Origin: an uncultured Alistipes sp.
GTDB lineage: Bacteria; Bacteroidota; Bacteroidia; Bacteroidales; Rikenellaceae
Direction of reading: 5' to 3'
Assembly: GCF_902388705.1 (NCBI RefSeq)
Contig: NZ_CABMQJ010000001.1
Coordinates: forward strand, 78,454 to 142,453
DNA length: 64,000 nucleotides
How positions within the stretch are numbered: position 1 is the stretch's first letter; each line of letters opens with the position of its first letter. Below the pieces are notes generated by a model, which made no database searches, was not told where the DNA came from, and saw only the letters and a program-made list of their open reading frames with translations. The translations under genes and the position numbers were made by a program. Shown here piece by piece: positions 37,858 to 46,425 of this stretch.

Positions 37858-39270
37858 TTACTGCGCCAGTACTTTCTTTTCTATTTCTTCGACCTGGCGG
37901 CGGAATGCCTTGTCGGTTTCAATCAGGTTCGATACGGCCTTGCACGAGTGGAGTACGGTCGCGTGGTTGCGCCCTCCGATTGCCGAACCGATGGTCGTGA
38001 GCGGCGCCTTGGTGTGCTGCTTCGAGAGGTACATCGCGATTTGGCGGGCCTGCGCGATTTCCCGTGTGCGCTCGGTGGAGTTGAAGCGGGCGAAATCGAG
38101 GTTCAGGTATTCGCATACGACCTTGATGATATGGTCGATCGTGATTTCCTTCTGGTAGAGCTGGACATACACTTTGAGTATCTCCTTTGCCAGCGATGTG
38201 GTGATTTTGCGGCCGAGGAACGAAGCGTTCGCCACCAGCGACGAGAGCGCACCCTCGATTTCGCGCACGTTGGCCGAGATATTGTCGGCCAGGTAGGCCA
38301 CGACGTCGTCCGAAATCTGCGCCCCGAGTTTCTGCGCCTTGACGCGGATAATCTTGAGTTTCGTATCGTAGTCCGGCGTATTGAGCTGTGCCGAAAGTCC
38401 CCACTTGAAGCGGGTCAGCAGCCGCTGCTCGATGTCTTTCAGCTCCACGGGCGGCTTGTCCGAAGTGAGAATCAGTTGTTTGCCCGCCAGCTGCAGGTGG
38501 TTGAAGATATTGAAGAACGCGTTCTGCGTACCCGTCTTCCCGGTCAGCTCCTGAATGTCGTCGATGATCAGTACGTCGATCATCTGGTAGAAGTGGATGA
38601 AATCGGGGATTTCACCGTTCTTGTAGGCGGTCTGGAACTGTGCCTGGAACTTGTTCATCGACACGTACAGCACCTGCAGTTCGGGGTGGCGCTGGCGCAC
38701 CTCGTGGCCGATGGCCTGCACGATATGGGTTTTGCCCAGTCCCGAATCCCCGTATATATATAAGGGGTTGAACGGATTGTTGCCCGGATTCACCGCGACG
38801 GACATGCCCGCCGAGCGTGCCAGCCGGTTGCACTCGCCCTCGATGAAAGTCGCGAACGTGAGGCCCGGATTGAGCTGCGGGTCGATAATTATCTTTTTGA
38901 GTCCCGGAATAACGAAAGGATTCTTTATATTTGCCGTGTTGGTCTGCGTGTTGAAACGCGAGATGGCCGTGGTGTCGGCGTCGGCGGTAACGGGTACGAC
39001 CGGAGTGACCGAGCGGGGCACGGCATAGTGCAGCCGGGTCTGTTGCCCGTAGAGTTGCGAGATGATCGGGCGCAGGAACGGAATGTAGTTCTTCTCGATC
39101 TGGTGTACGTAACTTTCGTTGGGGACACGCAGGCGCAGGTTGGTGCCGTCGAATTCGAGCGGTACGATAGGCTGGAACCACTTCGCGAACTCCTCTTCGG
39201 AAGTCTGTGCCTTGATGCGGTCAAGGCAGTTCTGCCACATATCGCTATATGTCTGCGTGTTGTTTAACAT
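37858..39270 (-). CDS. dnaA: chromosomal replication initiator DnaA
   Basis: ATG at 39270 gives MLNNTQTYSDMWQNCLDRIKAQTSEEEFAKWF.... AAA+ Walker A GDSGLGKTH, then ..VLIIDDIQ.., and the C-terminal DNA-binding domain ..IGSAIGGRNHATVLHSCKAV... Confidence 0.92.
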   Translation of the reverse strand: MLNNTQTYSDMWQNCLDRIKAQTSEEEFAKWFQPIVPLEFDGTNLRLRVPNESYVHQIEKNYIPFLRPIISQLYGQQTRLHYAVPRSVTPVVPVTADADTTAISRFNTQTNTANIKNPFVIPGLKKIIIDPQLNPGLTFATFIEGECNRLARSAGMSVAVNPGNNPFNPLYIYGDSGLGKTHIVQAIGHEVRQRHPELQVLYVSMNKFQAQFQTAYKNGEIPDFIHFYQMIDVLIIDDIQELTGKTGTQNAFFNIFNHLQLAGKQLILTSDKPPVELKDIEQRLLTRFKWGLSAQLNTPDYDTKLKIIRVKAQKLGAQISDDVVAYLADNISANVREIEGALSSLVANASFLGRKITTSLAKEILKVYVQLYQKEITIDHIIKVVCEYLNLDFARFNSTERTREIAQARQIAMYLSKQHTKAPLTTIGSAIGGRNHATVLHSCKAVSNLIETDKAFRRQVEEIEKKVLAQ

Positions 39271-39497
39271 GATAAGGGTTGCACTGTTTTTGATGTGACA
39301 AAGTTGTGAATAATTTTGCAAAAAGATTTCCGAAAATATGTTGCAATTTCACTTTTTTTATATATAGAAAAACAACGGTTTCCGGATGGTCGATTTTAAC
39401 TCCCTGATATTGAATAATCGAAATATATTTTATATATTTGCATATAAATTTTTTGAATCATCTTATAACTAAATTATAAATAAAACTAATAAGACTT
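39271..39497. promoter_or_regulatory. AT-rich divergent intergenic region between dnaA and the phosphohexomutase gene; candidate dnaA promoter and possibly a DNA-unwinding element
   Basis: 227 bp at about 25% GC. There is one near-consensus DnaA box, TGTGAATAA (39306-39314). No clear box array. Confidence 0.3.
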
Positions 39498-41240
39498 ATG
39501 GCTAACGAATTGGAGCAAATGGTGCTGAAAAAAGCACAGACATGGCTTGACGGCCACTACGATGAAGCCACTAAAAAACAGGTTAAGTACCTGATGGATA
39601 ACGATATGAAAGAGCTTGTCGAAAGCTTTTACAAAGACCTCGAATTCGGCACGGGCGGCCTGCGCGGCATCATGGGTGTGGGTTCCAACCGCATGAATGT
39701 CTATACCGTAGGCGCTGCGACACAGGGGCTTGCGAACTACCTCAAGAAGAACTTCGCGGGCGAGCAGATCCGGGTTGCGATCGGGCACGACAGCCGCAAT
39801 AATTCGCGTATGTTCGCCGAGCGTGTCGCCGACATTTTCGCCTCGAACGGATTTACCGTTTTCCTGTTCGACGCCCTGCGTCCGACGCCCGAATTGAGCT
39901 TCGCCATCCGCGAGTTGAAATGCCATTCGGGCGTGGTGGTTACCGCCTCGCACAACCCCAAGGAGTACAACGGTTACAAGGCCTATTGGACGGACGGTTC
40001 GCAGGTCACTGCGCCGCACGACAAGAACATCATCGCCGAGGTGGAGAAGATTACCGACGTGAACATGATTCTAACGGGCAGGAATCCGGAGAACATTCAG
40101 GTGCTCGACGAGAAATTCGACGAAATCTATTTAAATAAGGTACACGAACTGTCGCTCTCGCCCGAAAGCGTGAAGAAGTACCACGACATGAAGATTGTCT
40201 ACTCCCCGATGCACGGTGCGGGCGTCCGCCTGGTTCCTGCGTCGCTGAAGAAGTTTGGTTTCACGAACGTAATCATGGTTCCCGAGCAGTCCGTCATCGA
40301 CGGCAACTTCCCCACCGTCGAGTCGCCCAATCCCGAGGAGCGCAAAACCATGTCGATGGCTATCGACCTCGCAGCGAAGCAGGGCGCCGACCTCGTGCTG
40401 GCCACCGACCCCGATTCCGACCGGATCGGCGTGGCGCTTCGCAACAAGAAAGGCGAATACGTGCTGCTGAACGGCAACCAGACCCTCGTGCTGCTGTTGA
40501 GCTACCAGCTGACCCGCTGGGCCGAGCGCGGCGAGCTGGACGGCAACCAGTATGTCGTGAAGACCATCGTTACCTCGCAGATGGCCAACGCCGTGGCCGA
40601 TTATTTCAAGGTGAAGTGCTACGACTGCCTCACGGGTTTCAAGTACATCGCCAAGATTATCCGCGAGAACGAAGGCAAGGCCAAGTATATCGGCGGCGGC
40701 GAGGAGTCGTTCGGCTACCTTGCGGGCGACTACGTGCGCGACAAGGATGCCGTGTCGGCCTGCTCGCTGGCAGCCGAGGCAGCCGCATGGGCCATGGATA
40801 CGATGGGCCTGACGCTCTACGAGTGGCTGCAGGAACTCTATGTGAAGTACGGTTTCTACCGCGAGGGCCTCGTTTCGGTCGTCCGCAAGGGCAAGGAGGG
40901 CGCCGAGCTGATTCAGAAGATGATGGTCGACTTCCGCGAAAACCCGCCCAAAACGATTCTCGGTTCGCCCGTAGTGAAAATCAACGACTTCCTTTCGCTC
41001 GAGCAGACCGATGTGAAGAGCGGCGCCAAGACCCCAATCGTGCAGGATCAGAGCAATGTGCTCCAGTGGTTTACCGAGGACGGAACGCTCGTTTCTGTTC
41101 GCCCGTCGGGTACGGAGCCGAAAATCAAGTTCTATTTCGGCGTGAAGGCTCCCCTGCAATCGGTCGCGGACTTCGAGCGGGTGTTGGGCGAACTCGACGC
41201 CAAAATCGAGGGTATCAAGAAAGACCTCAAACTGGAGTAG
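39498..41240 (+). CDS. pgm: phosphoglucomutase/phosphomannomutase family (alpha-D-phosphohexomutase)
   Basis: Active-site loop GVVVTASHNPKEYNGYK, metal-binding ..ATDPDSDR.., sugar-binding GGGEESFGY. 580 aa. Confidence 0.85.
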   Translation: MANELEQMVLKKAQTWLDGHYDEATKKQVKYLMDNDMKELVESFYKDLEFGTGGLRGIMGVGSNRMNVYTVGAATQGLANYLKKNFAGEQIRVAIGHDSRNNSRMFAERVADIFASNGFTVFLFDALRPTPELSFAIRELKCHSGVVVTASHNPKEYNGYKAYWTDGSQVTAPHDKNIIAEVEKITDVNMILTGRNPENIQVLDEKFDEIYLNKVHELSLSPESVKKYHDMKIVYSPMHGAGVRLVPASLKKFGFTNVIMVPEQSVIDGNFPTVESPNPEERKTMSMAIDLAAKQGADLVLATDPDSDRIGVALRNKKGEYVLLNGNQTLVLLLSYQLTRWAERGELDGNQYVVKTIVTSQMANAVADYFKVKCYDCLTGFKYIAKIIRENEGKAKYIGGGEESFGYLAGDYVRDKDAVSACSLAAEAAAWAMDTMGLTLYEWLQELYVKYGFYREGLVSVVRKGKEGAELIQKMMVDFRENPPKTILGSPVVKINDFLSLEQTDVKSGAKTPIVQDQSNVLQWFTEDGTLVSVRPSGTEPKIKFYFGVKAPLQSVADFERVLGELDAKIEGIKKDLKLE

Positions 41241-41263
41241 TCGCTACCCTGCCGTGTTTCTGA

Positions 41264-41300
41264 AAAACGTCCCGGACTCATACGAGTTCGGGACGTTGTC
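41264..41300 (+). terminator. possible terminator hairpin after pgm
   Basis: AACGTCCCGGACT, loop CATACG, AGTTCGGGACGTT (one bulge). The T-tail is weak. Confidence 0.35.
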
Positions 41301-41494
41301 GTTCCGCAGGTTTCAAGGCGTCTATCCCTGCGCTTCACTTCCGCATACTGCTCTTGCCCTGCCTCCATGCGCTGCTGTCATACTCCTGCTGCCGGTTTTT
41401 CCGTTCCGGCAGCGGCTGTGCCCGGGGAGTCGCGTCGACGATCGTTTCGGGAATTGTTGTTGCCGGCGTGTTATTACCCACAGAAATTTGCACA

Positions 41495-41532
41495 TCTAAA
41501 TTTTTAGTTCTATTTTTACTAAAATTTTAGTA
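41495..41532 (+). promoter_or_regulatory. two adjacent palindromic operator-like sites (CTAAATTTTTAG and the perfect 16-mer TACTAAAATTTTAGTA) directly upstream of the secreted-protein gene
   Basis: Both share the core ACTAA/CTAAA-N2-4-TTTAG/TTAGT with the sites upstream of blaI (42574-42636). They end 9 nt before the ATG at 41541. Confidence 0.45.
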
Positions 41533-41540
41533 ACAGACGT

Positions 41541-42452
41541 ATGAAAAATGTCTTTATCCGGACAGCGGCCCTTGCGGGCGCTTGCATGGCGATAGCCGGG
41601 GTGTCGGCCCAGGAACCGCAGAAACCCGAGGCGCAACTTCGTTTCGATCAGGCGCAGCGCGAGGAGGTGGCCGATCAGGCACCCTACTCCGACCTTGCAG
41701 CTGCGGCTGCCGGACGGCCGTTTGCCTATAAGCTCAACAAAAAACGCACTACGGAGGCCGTAGCCTACGATGCCGTAACCTTGTGGAACGTGCGCAAGGT
41801 ACGGGTTAAGAACCGCCGCATGCGGCTTTCGGATACGACACGGCGTGAAAAGGTACGGTTGCTGAAATTTTTCACCGAACGCAGCCGTAAAAAGGGGGTG
41901 CGTCCTCACCTGCTCGGCAATGTTGCGGGCTACAACTGGTTCGGGGGCGAGCAGTACGACCCGAAGAGCCGCAAAATGCGCTATGTCCCGAAATATATTG
42001 GGTCGTACACCCTGCGCGACGAATACGAAGCGGCGCGCAAGGCGCTCGGGAACGAACTGATGTTCAAGGTGCCCGACGAACTGTGGCGCGAGTTGTCCGA
42101 CAAGGCCGTCTATGAGCTCGACGGCGTGCGTGTTCCGGGCAGTATTTTTCAGTTTATCGACGGATTGGTGCTGCGCACGCTCGAGATACATACCGACGAT
42201 GAAACGATGGCCCGCTACGGCACGGACCAGGGAGTCGTTATCGGGGATATTTATCCCGATCGCCGGCCGCTCGTGATTTTCGACGGTGAATTCTCCACCC
42301 TCGAATCGTGGCTGAAGATGTGCCATACCAACGCATTTTCGATGGCAGCGGCAGTTCCTATGCGCTATTTCTACATGCTGCCCGTCGAAGCGGTGCAAAA
42401 GTACGGCAGGCCGGGAAAATACGGCGCGATATGTATCGAACTTGCCGAGTAG
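41541..42452 (+). CDS. hypothetical secreted protein (303 aa)
   Basis: Signal peptide MKNVFIRTAALAGACMAIAGVSAQE. No recognised domain. A strong terminator follows. Confidence 0.5.
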   Translation: MKNVFIRTAALAGACMAIAGVSAQEPQKPEAQLRFDQAQREEVADQAPYSDLAAAAAGRPFAYKLNKKRTTEAVAYDAVTLWNVRKVRVKNRRMRLSDTTRREKVRLLKFFTERSRKKGVRPHLLGNVAGYNWFGGEQYDPKSRKMRYVPKYIGSYTLRDEYEAARKALGNELMFKVPDELWRELSDKAVYELDGVRVPGSIFQFIDGLVLRTLEIHTDDETMARYGTDQGVVIGDIYPDRRPLVIFDGEFSTLESWLKMCHTNAFSMAAAVPMRYFYMLPVEAVQKYGRPGKYGAICIELAE

Positions 42453-42513
42453 CGATTCCGGCCGCGTACGATTGCCTGTCCTTCCGGAATGACTCCTTAC
42501 CGAATAGGTGCTA

Positions 42514-42547
42514 CCCTGCTCTCAAGCCGTTGAGAGCGGGTTTTTTA
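42514..42547 (+). terminator. rho-independent terminator
   Basis: GCTCTCAA, loop GCCG, TTGAGAGC with a flanking CCC/GGG, then TTTTTTT. Confidence 0.7.
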
Positions 42548-42573
42548 CTTTTCCGGAAAAATAATTAAAAAAA

Positions 42574-42636
42574 TAGTTGTATAACTAATATTTTAGTTTT
42601 ACCTTCGTGTCAGGATAATCAACTAAATATATAGTT
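42574..42636 (+). promoter_or_regulatory. palindromic operator-like sites upstream of blaI (AACTAATATTTTAGTT at 42583-42598; AACTAAATATATAGTT at 42621-42636, abutting the ATG)
   Basis: Inverted-repeat arms AACTAA/TTAGTT. The same core appears in the palindromes at 41495-41532. Confidence 0.45.
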
Positions 42637-43020
42637 ATGGCAGAAACAGCGAAGAGCCGACCGCAGGAACTGACCCGTGCAGAACTGGAAATCATGCAGG
42701 TTTTATGGGCCAAAGGAGCCGTCGTCGTACACGATATTCTCGACGAGATGGACGAACCCAAACCGGCCTACAACACCGTTTCGACAATTGTCCGCATTCT
42801 CGAAAAGAAAGGTTTCGTGTCGCACAAGGCCTATGGCAAGACCCACGAATATTACCCCCTTATCTCGAAAGACGACTATGCGCGCCGTTATATGGATACC
42901 GTGCTGAACAACTTCTTCGGCGGTTCCGTGAGCCGGCTGGTGTCGTTCTTCTCCGAAAACAAGGCGATTTCGCTGGAGGAAACCGATGCTATCCTGGACA
43001 TGCTCAAAAAACGCAAGTGA
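42637..43020 (+). CDS. blaI: BlaI/MecI/CopY-family transcriptional repressor
   Basis: MAETAKSRPQELTRAELEIMQVLWAKGAVVVHDILDEMDEPKPAYNTVSTIVRILEKKGFV is a winged helix of the penicillinase-repressor family. 127 aa. Confidence 0.85.
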   Translation: MAETAKSRPQELTRAELEIMQVLWAKGAVVVHDILDEMDEPKPAYNTVSTIVRILEKKGFVSHKAYGKTHEYYPLISKDDYARRYMDTVLNNFFGGSVSRLVSFFSENKAISLEETDAILDMLKKRK

Positions 43021-45251
43021 TGAAATCCCCGGCCCTTTACCTGCTTGAAGTGCTTTTTTGCAGCGGTTTGCTGCTGGCTTTTTACCGCCTGCTGCTCGTC
43101 CGCAAGGTTTCCTATGCGGCCTGCCGCCGTTATCTGGTGTTCGCTGTGTGGCTCTCCGTCGTGATTCCGGCACTCAACATTCCCCTCTACCCTGCCCGCA
43201 CGGTGGTTTATCCGCTGCCGCTGATTGCAGCCGTGCCTGCGGCGGAGTTGCCGGAGCCTGACGGCATCGGTGTCGGGACGATGGCGGAAATAAGGGTGCC
43301 GGACGAATTTACGGCTCCGGCTGTCGATTGGGGACATGTCGCCCGCGTCGCACTCCTTGTATTGTATGTGCTGACTGCGGCCGTGTCGCTGGGAATCCTC
43401 GCTGTGCGCATCGCCGGTATCCGGCGCCTGCGCCGCCGTTCCCGGATTACCGAGTGCGGGGAATATGCGGTTGCGGAGAATCAGCAGGTCGAAACACCCT
43501 TTTCATTCTTTCGTACGGTCTTTCTCGGCGAGGGCTACGAGGGGCGCAGGCGCGGAATCGTGCTTTGCCACGAGGCGAGCCACATTCGCCATCGCCACAC
43601 CTGCGAGCGTATAGCCGTCGAATCGGTGCGCTGTATCTTCTGGTTCAATCCATTCGTGTGGATAGCTGCACGCTGGCTCTCCGAGGTGCAGGAGTGGGAA
43701 GCCGACCGCGACGTGCTCGACGCGGGATACGACCTTACCGAATACAGAACGATTATTTTCCGTCAACTCTTCGGTTATAATCCGGATATAGCCTGCGGGT
43801 TGAATCATTCACTCACTAAAAACCGATTTGCCATGATGACACAATTCCGAATGCGCCGATTCGCGTTCCTGCGCCTCGGTGCAGCCGTCCCGATAGTGGC
43901 GGGAATGATACTCCTTTGCAGTTTTACGACCCGGACGCCCGATGCCGAAGCCCCTGACGGAACATCCGTCCATATCGGCGAAAACGGCGCCATCACCCTG
44001 AACGGGCGTTCCGTTACCCGCGACGAGCTGTCCGGCTATGTGGCTGCGCAGCGCGAAATCCTTTCCGGCGCCGGCCGGGAGGCTATGCAGCAGCTGCCTG
44101 CGGACGAAGTTTCCGGTAATCCGGCGACCGCCGTAAACAAAACGGTGACATTCGGCTCTTCGGGCCTGCTGGAGGTGCTCTGTGCCGACAGGGTCTATCC
44201 GTCCGATGTACAAACGATGATATTCGCCGGCAACGTGCGTGTCCGTTTCAGGGACGATTCGCCCGACCCGACGATGAAAGACGGCTTGACGGAAATAACC
44301 TGCGACAGCCTGATTGTGAACAGCGCCGACCGGAGTTTCGAATGCTTCGATGCCTTGTTGCGGAATACTGTGAGGCTCTCGGTGGGTGACTGGTACCGCA
44401 TTTCCGCCAATAGTTACGGGAACTGGAACCGGGAGATGAAAAATGTGGTGGAAACTTCGCTGAATACTGTCCTTATACAGGTTTCTTCCGACGGGAACAT
44501 ACTGCTGAACGGCGAGCCTGCAACGACCGCCGGATTGAAAGAACGGCTTATCGCGTGGCGCAGTGAGCGTCCCTCTGCCGATGTCGGAGCATGGATTATG
44601 GCCCGGAAAAATACGAGTATGGGCGTTGTGACCGACGTGAAACAGGCTTTGCGTGCCGCCGGCATACTGCGTGTGCTGTATGACGGAACCGACGACCGTG
44701 CGGTCGTGCGCATGCTGCCGCCGGATACGACGGTACAGCCGGTCGACGGAAGGATAAATGTCACCGATGTGACATCCTCCGGCAACGATTTCAGAATCAA
44801 GGAGCGCAATCTGTTTCTGGTGCTGGTCAACGGCTCGGGCAAGGTGATGGCCGGGACTGCCGGCCGGCAGGAGGTGATTGATGCCGGGGAACTTACGGCG
44901 CGTGTCAAGGCGTTCGTGCTCAACCCGTCCAACGATTCCGGGTTTTCCGAGAGGTCGGATGCCGAATTCGACCTTCCCGGCGGCGGTAAGATGAGTTATC
45001 CGGTGAGCCAGGGCGTCGTATCGCTGCAAATGGCCCGCGATGCCTCCTACGGTCGCTATCGCGAAGTGCAGAGCCGCATTGCGCAGGCGTTCGACGATGT
45101 CCGCGCCGGGTTGGCGCTGCGGCAGTTCGGAAAAGCCTTTGATGAACTGTCCGACGCACAGCGGCAGGTGGTGATGCGGGCCGTGCCGCTGAAAGTTTCC
45201 GAGGCCGAACCGCACACGCTGGCCGAACCCCGCACGCTTCCCCGGCGATAA
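43020..45251 (+). CDS. BlaR1-like M56-family membrane metalloprotease/signal transducer with a long C-terminal ExbD/TolR-like extracytoplasmic region
   Basis: ATG at 43020 overlaps the blaI TGA (gTGATG). 4 TM. HEXXH zinc motif LCHEASHIRHRH. The C-terminal roughly 480 aa contain ExbD-like segments, for example LIQVSSDGNILLNGEPATTAGLKERL....VVTDVKQALRAAGILRV, in place of a penicillin-binding sensor domain. Confidence 0.75.
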   Translation: MKSPALYLLEVLFCSGLLLAFYRLLLVRKVSYAACRRYLVFAVWLSVVIPALNIPLYPARTVVYPLPLIAAVPAAELPEPDGIGVGTMAEIRVPDEFTAPAVDWGHVARVALLVLYVLTAAVSLGILAVRIAGIRRLRRRSRITECGEYAVAENQQVETPFSFFRTVFLGEGYEGRRRGIVLCHEASHIRHRHTCERIAVESVRCIFWFNPFVWIAARWLSEVQEWEADRDVLDAGYDLTEYRTIIFRQLFGYNPDIACGLNHSLTKNRFAMMTQFRMRRFAFLRLGAAVPIVAGMILLCSFTTRTPDAEAPDGTSVHIGENGAITLNGRSVTRDELSGYVAAQREILSGAGREAMQQLPADEVSGNPATAVNKTVTFGSSGLLEVLCADRVYPSDVQTMIFAGNVRVRFRDDSPDPTMKDGLTEITCDSLIVNSADRSFECFDALLRNTVRLSVGDWYRISANSYGNWNREMKNVVETSLNTVLIQVSSDGNILLNGEPATTAGLKERLIAWRSERPSADVGAWIMARKNTSMGVVTDVKQALRAAGILRVLYDGTDDRAVVRMLPPDTTVQPVDGRINVTDVTSSGNDFRIKERNLFLVLVNGSGKVMAGTAGRQEVIDAGELTARVKAFVLNPSNDSGFSERSDAEFDLPGGGKMSYPVSQGVVSLQMARDASYGRYREVQSRIAQAFDDVRAGLALRQFGKAFDELSDAQRQVVMRAVPLKVSEAEPHTLAEPRTLPRR

Positions 45252-45289
45252 CCGGCATATCCGGTTCTCTCCGGTGCTTTCTCGATGCA

Positions 45290-45334
45290 AACATCCCGCA
45301 CAGCGGCTTCCGGCCCTGTGCGGGATGTTTTTTC
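45290..45334 (+). terminator. strong rho-independent terminator of the blaI-blaR operon
   Basis: 12-bp perfect stem CATCCCGCACAG/CTGTGCGGGATG with a 12-nt loop, then TTTTTT. Confidence 0.75.
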
Positions 45335-45455
45335 GTATCAGACTTTCCGTATTCGTATCGGGTTTTTAAACCCGGCGCAACATTCTTTGCCTTTCCCCGG
45401 CCATTTCTTACGGGGCGTGTCTCGTATCCGGCCTTGTGCGTCCGGCTTGCATCTA

Positions 45456-45776
45456 TCAGAGTTTCGGATTGTTTTTATGCCGTTCCCTGTCGCGGGAGGT
45501 TTTCTTGGCGAAGTTCGCTTCCATGGCAGCCGTGAGGTCTACGCCCGTTTGGTTGGCAAGGCACGTCAATACCCACAGCACGTCGGCCATTTCGTCCGCG
45601 AGGTTGCATTTCTCTCCCTCTTTGAACGACTGGTCGCCGTATTTGCGCGCCATGATGCGCGCCAGCTCCCCCACCTCTTCCGTGAGTACGGCCATATTCG
45701 TCAGTTCGCTGAAGTAACGCACGCCGTACTCCTTGATCCATGCGTCGACACGTTCCTGTAATTCTTTGATTTCCAT
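45456..45776 (-). CDS. MazG-like nucleotide pyrophosphohydrolase (small single-domain type)
   Basis: ..MAVLTEEVGELARIMARKYGDQSF...EMADVLWVLTCLANQTGVDL.. gives the EExxE and E..D MazG helices. 106 aa. Confidence 0.7.
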   Translation of the reverse strand: MEIKELQERVDAWIKEYGVRYFSELTNMAVLTEEVGELARIMARKYGDQSFKEGEKCNLADEMADVLWVLTCLANQTGVDLTAAMEANFAKKTSRDRERHKNNPKL

Positions 45777-45777
45777 C

Positions 45778-46425
45778 TTATTTTATGCGTATCAGGTTCA
45801 GGCCGTCGCGCAACGGGACGATTACGTTTTCGACCCGCGGGTCTTCGACGACCATGCGGTTGAATTCCACGAGCGCCTGTGTGTGGCGGTCGTTGTGTGC
45901 GACGGGCTGCACGACTTTCCCCGACCAGAGGATATTGTCTGCAATCAGCACCGATCCGCTGTGCACCAGCGGTTTGCCGCCGTCGTCGCCCATCAGCATC
46001 CGGTAGTAGTCCGGATACTCGCGCTTGTCGCCGTCGATGAATACGAGGTCGAACTCTATGCCCAGCGCCGGAGCGATGGCGAGCGCCGAACCGATGTGCA
46101 GCCGGATTTTGGAGCCGTGGGCGCTGCGGTCGAAGAACGACTGCGCCAGCTCTTCCAGCTCGTCTTCCACTTCGACGGTATGCAGTTCGGCCTCCCCGTC
46201 CAGCCCTGCTGCCATGCAGAGCGCCGAATAACCCGTAAACGTACCTATTTCGAGGACGCGCCGCGGCCGGAGCATCCGCACGAGCATTTCCAAAAGGCGT
46301 CCTTGGATATGCCCCGAAAGCATGCGGGGCTGCACGACACGCAGGTTGGTTTCGCGGTCGAGCTCGTGCAGCAATGCCTCTTCGGGCGAGGTGTGGGCGC
46401 GGATGTATTGTTCGAGGGCCTCCAT
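45778..46425 (-). CDS. class I SAM-dependent O-methyltransferase (caffeoyl-CoA OMT / TrmR-like)
   Basis: ATG at 46425. ..RVLEIGTFTGYSALCMAAGL.. (motif I), ..FDLVFIDGDKREY... The 334-aa track ORF extends antisense into the DJ-1 gene and is rejected. Confidence 0.75.
   Translation of the reverse strand: MEALEQYIRAHTSPEEALLHELDRETNLRVVQPRMLSGHIQGRLLEMLVRMLRPRRVLEIGTFTGYSALCMAAGLDGEAELHTVEVEDELEELAQSFFDRSAHGSKIRLHIGSALAIAPALGIEFDLVFIDGDKREYPDYYRMLMGDDGGKPLVHSGSVLIADNILWSGKVVQPVAHNDRHTQALVEFNRMVVEDPRVENVIVPLRDGLNLIRIK

Noticed and set aside
40131-41159. 342-aa minus-strand ORF
   Set aside because: Antisense to the phosphohexomutase gene, which has the TASHNP active-site loop.
43809-45290. 493-aa minus-strand ORF
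   Set aside because: Antisense to the BlaR1-like gene. It has no start context or motifs.
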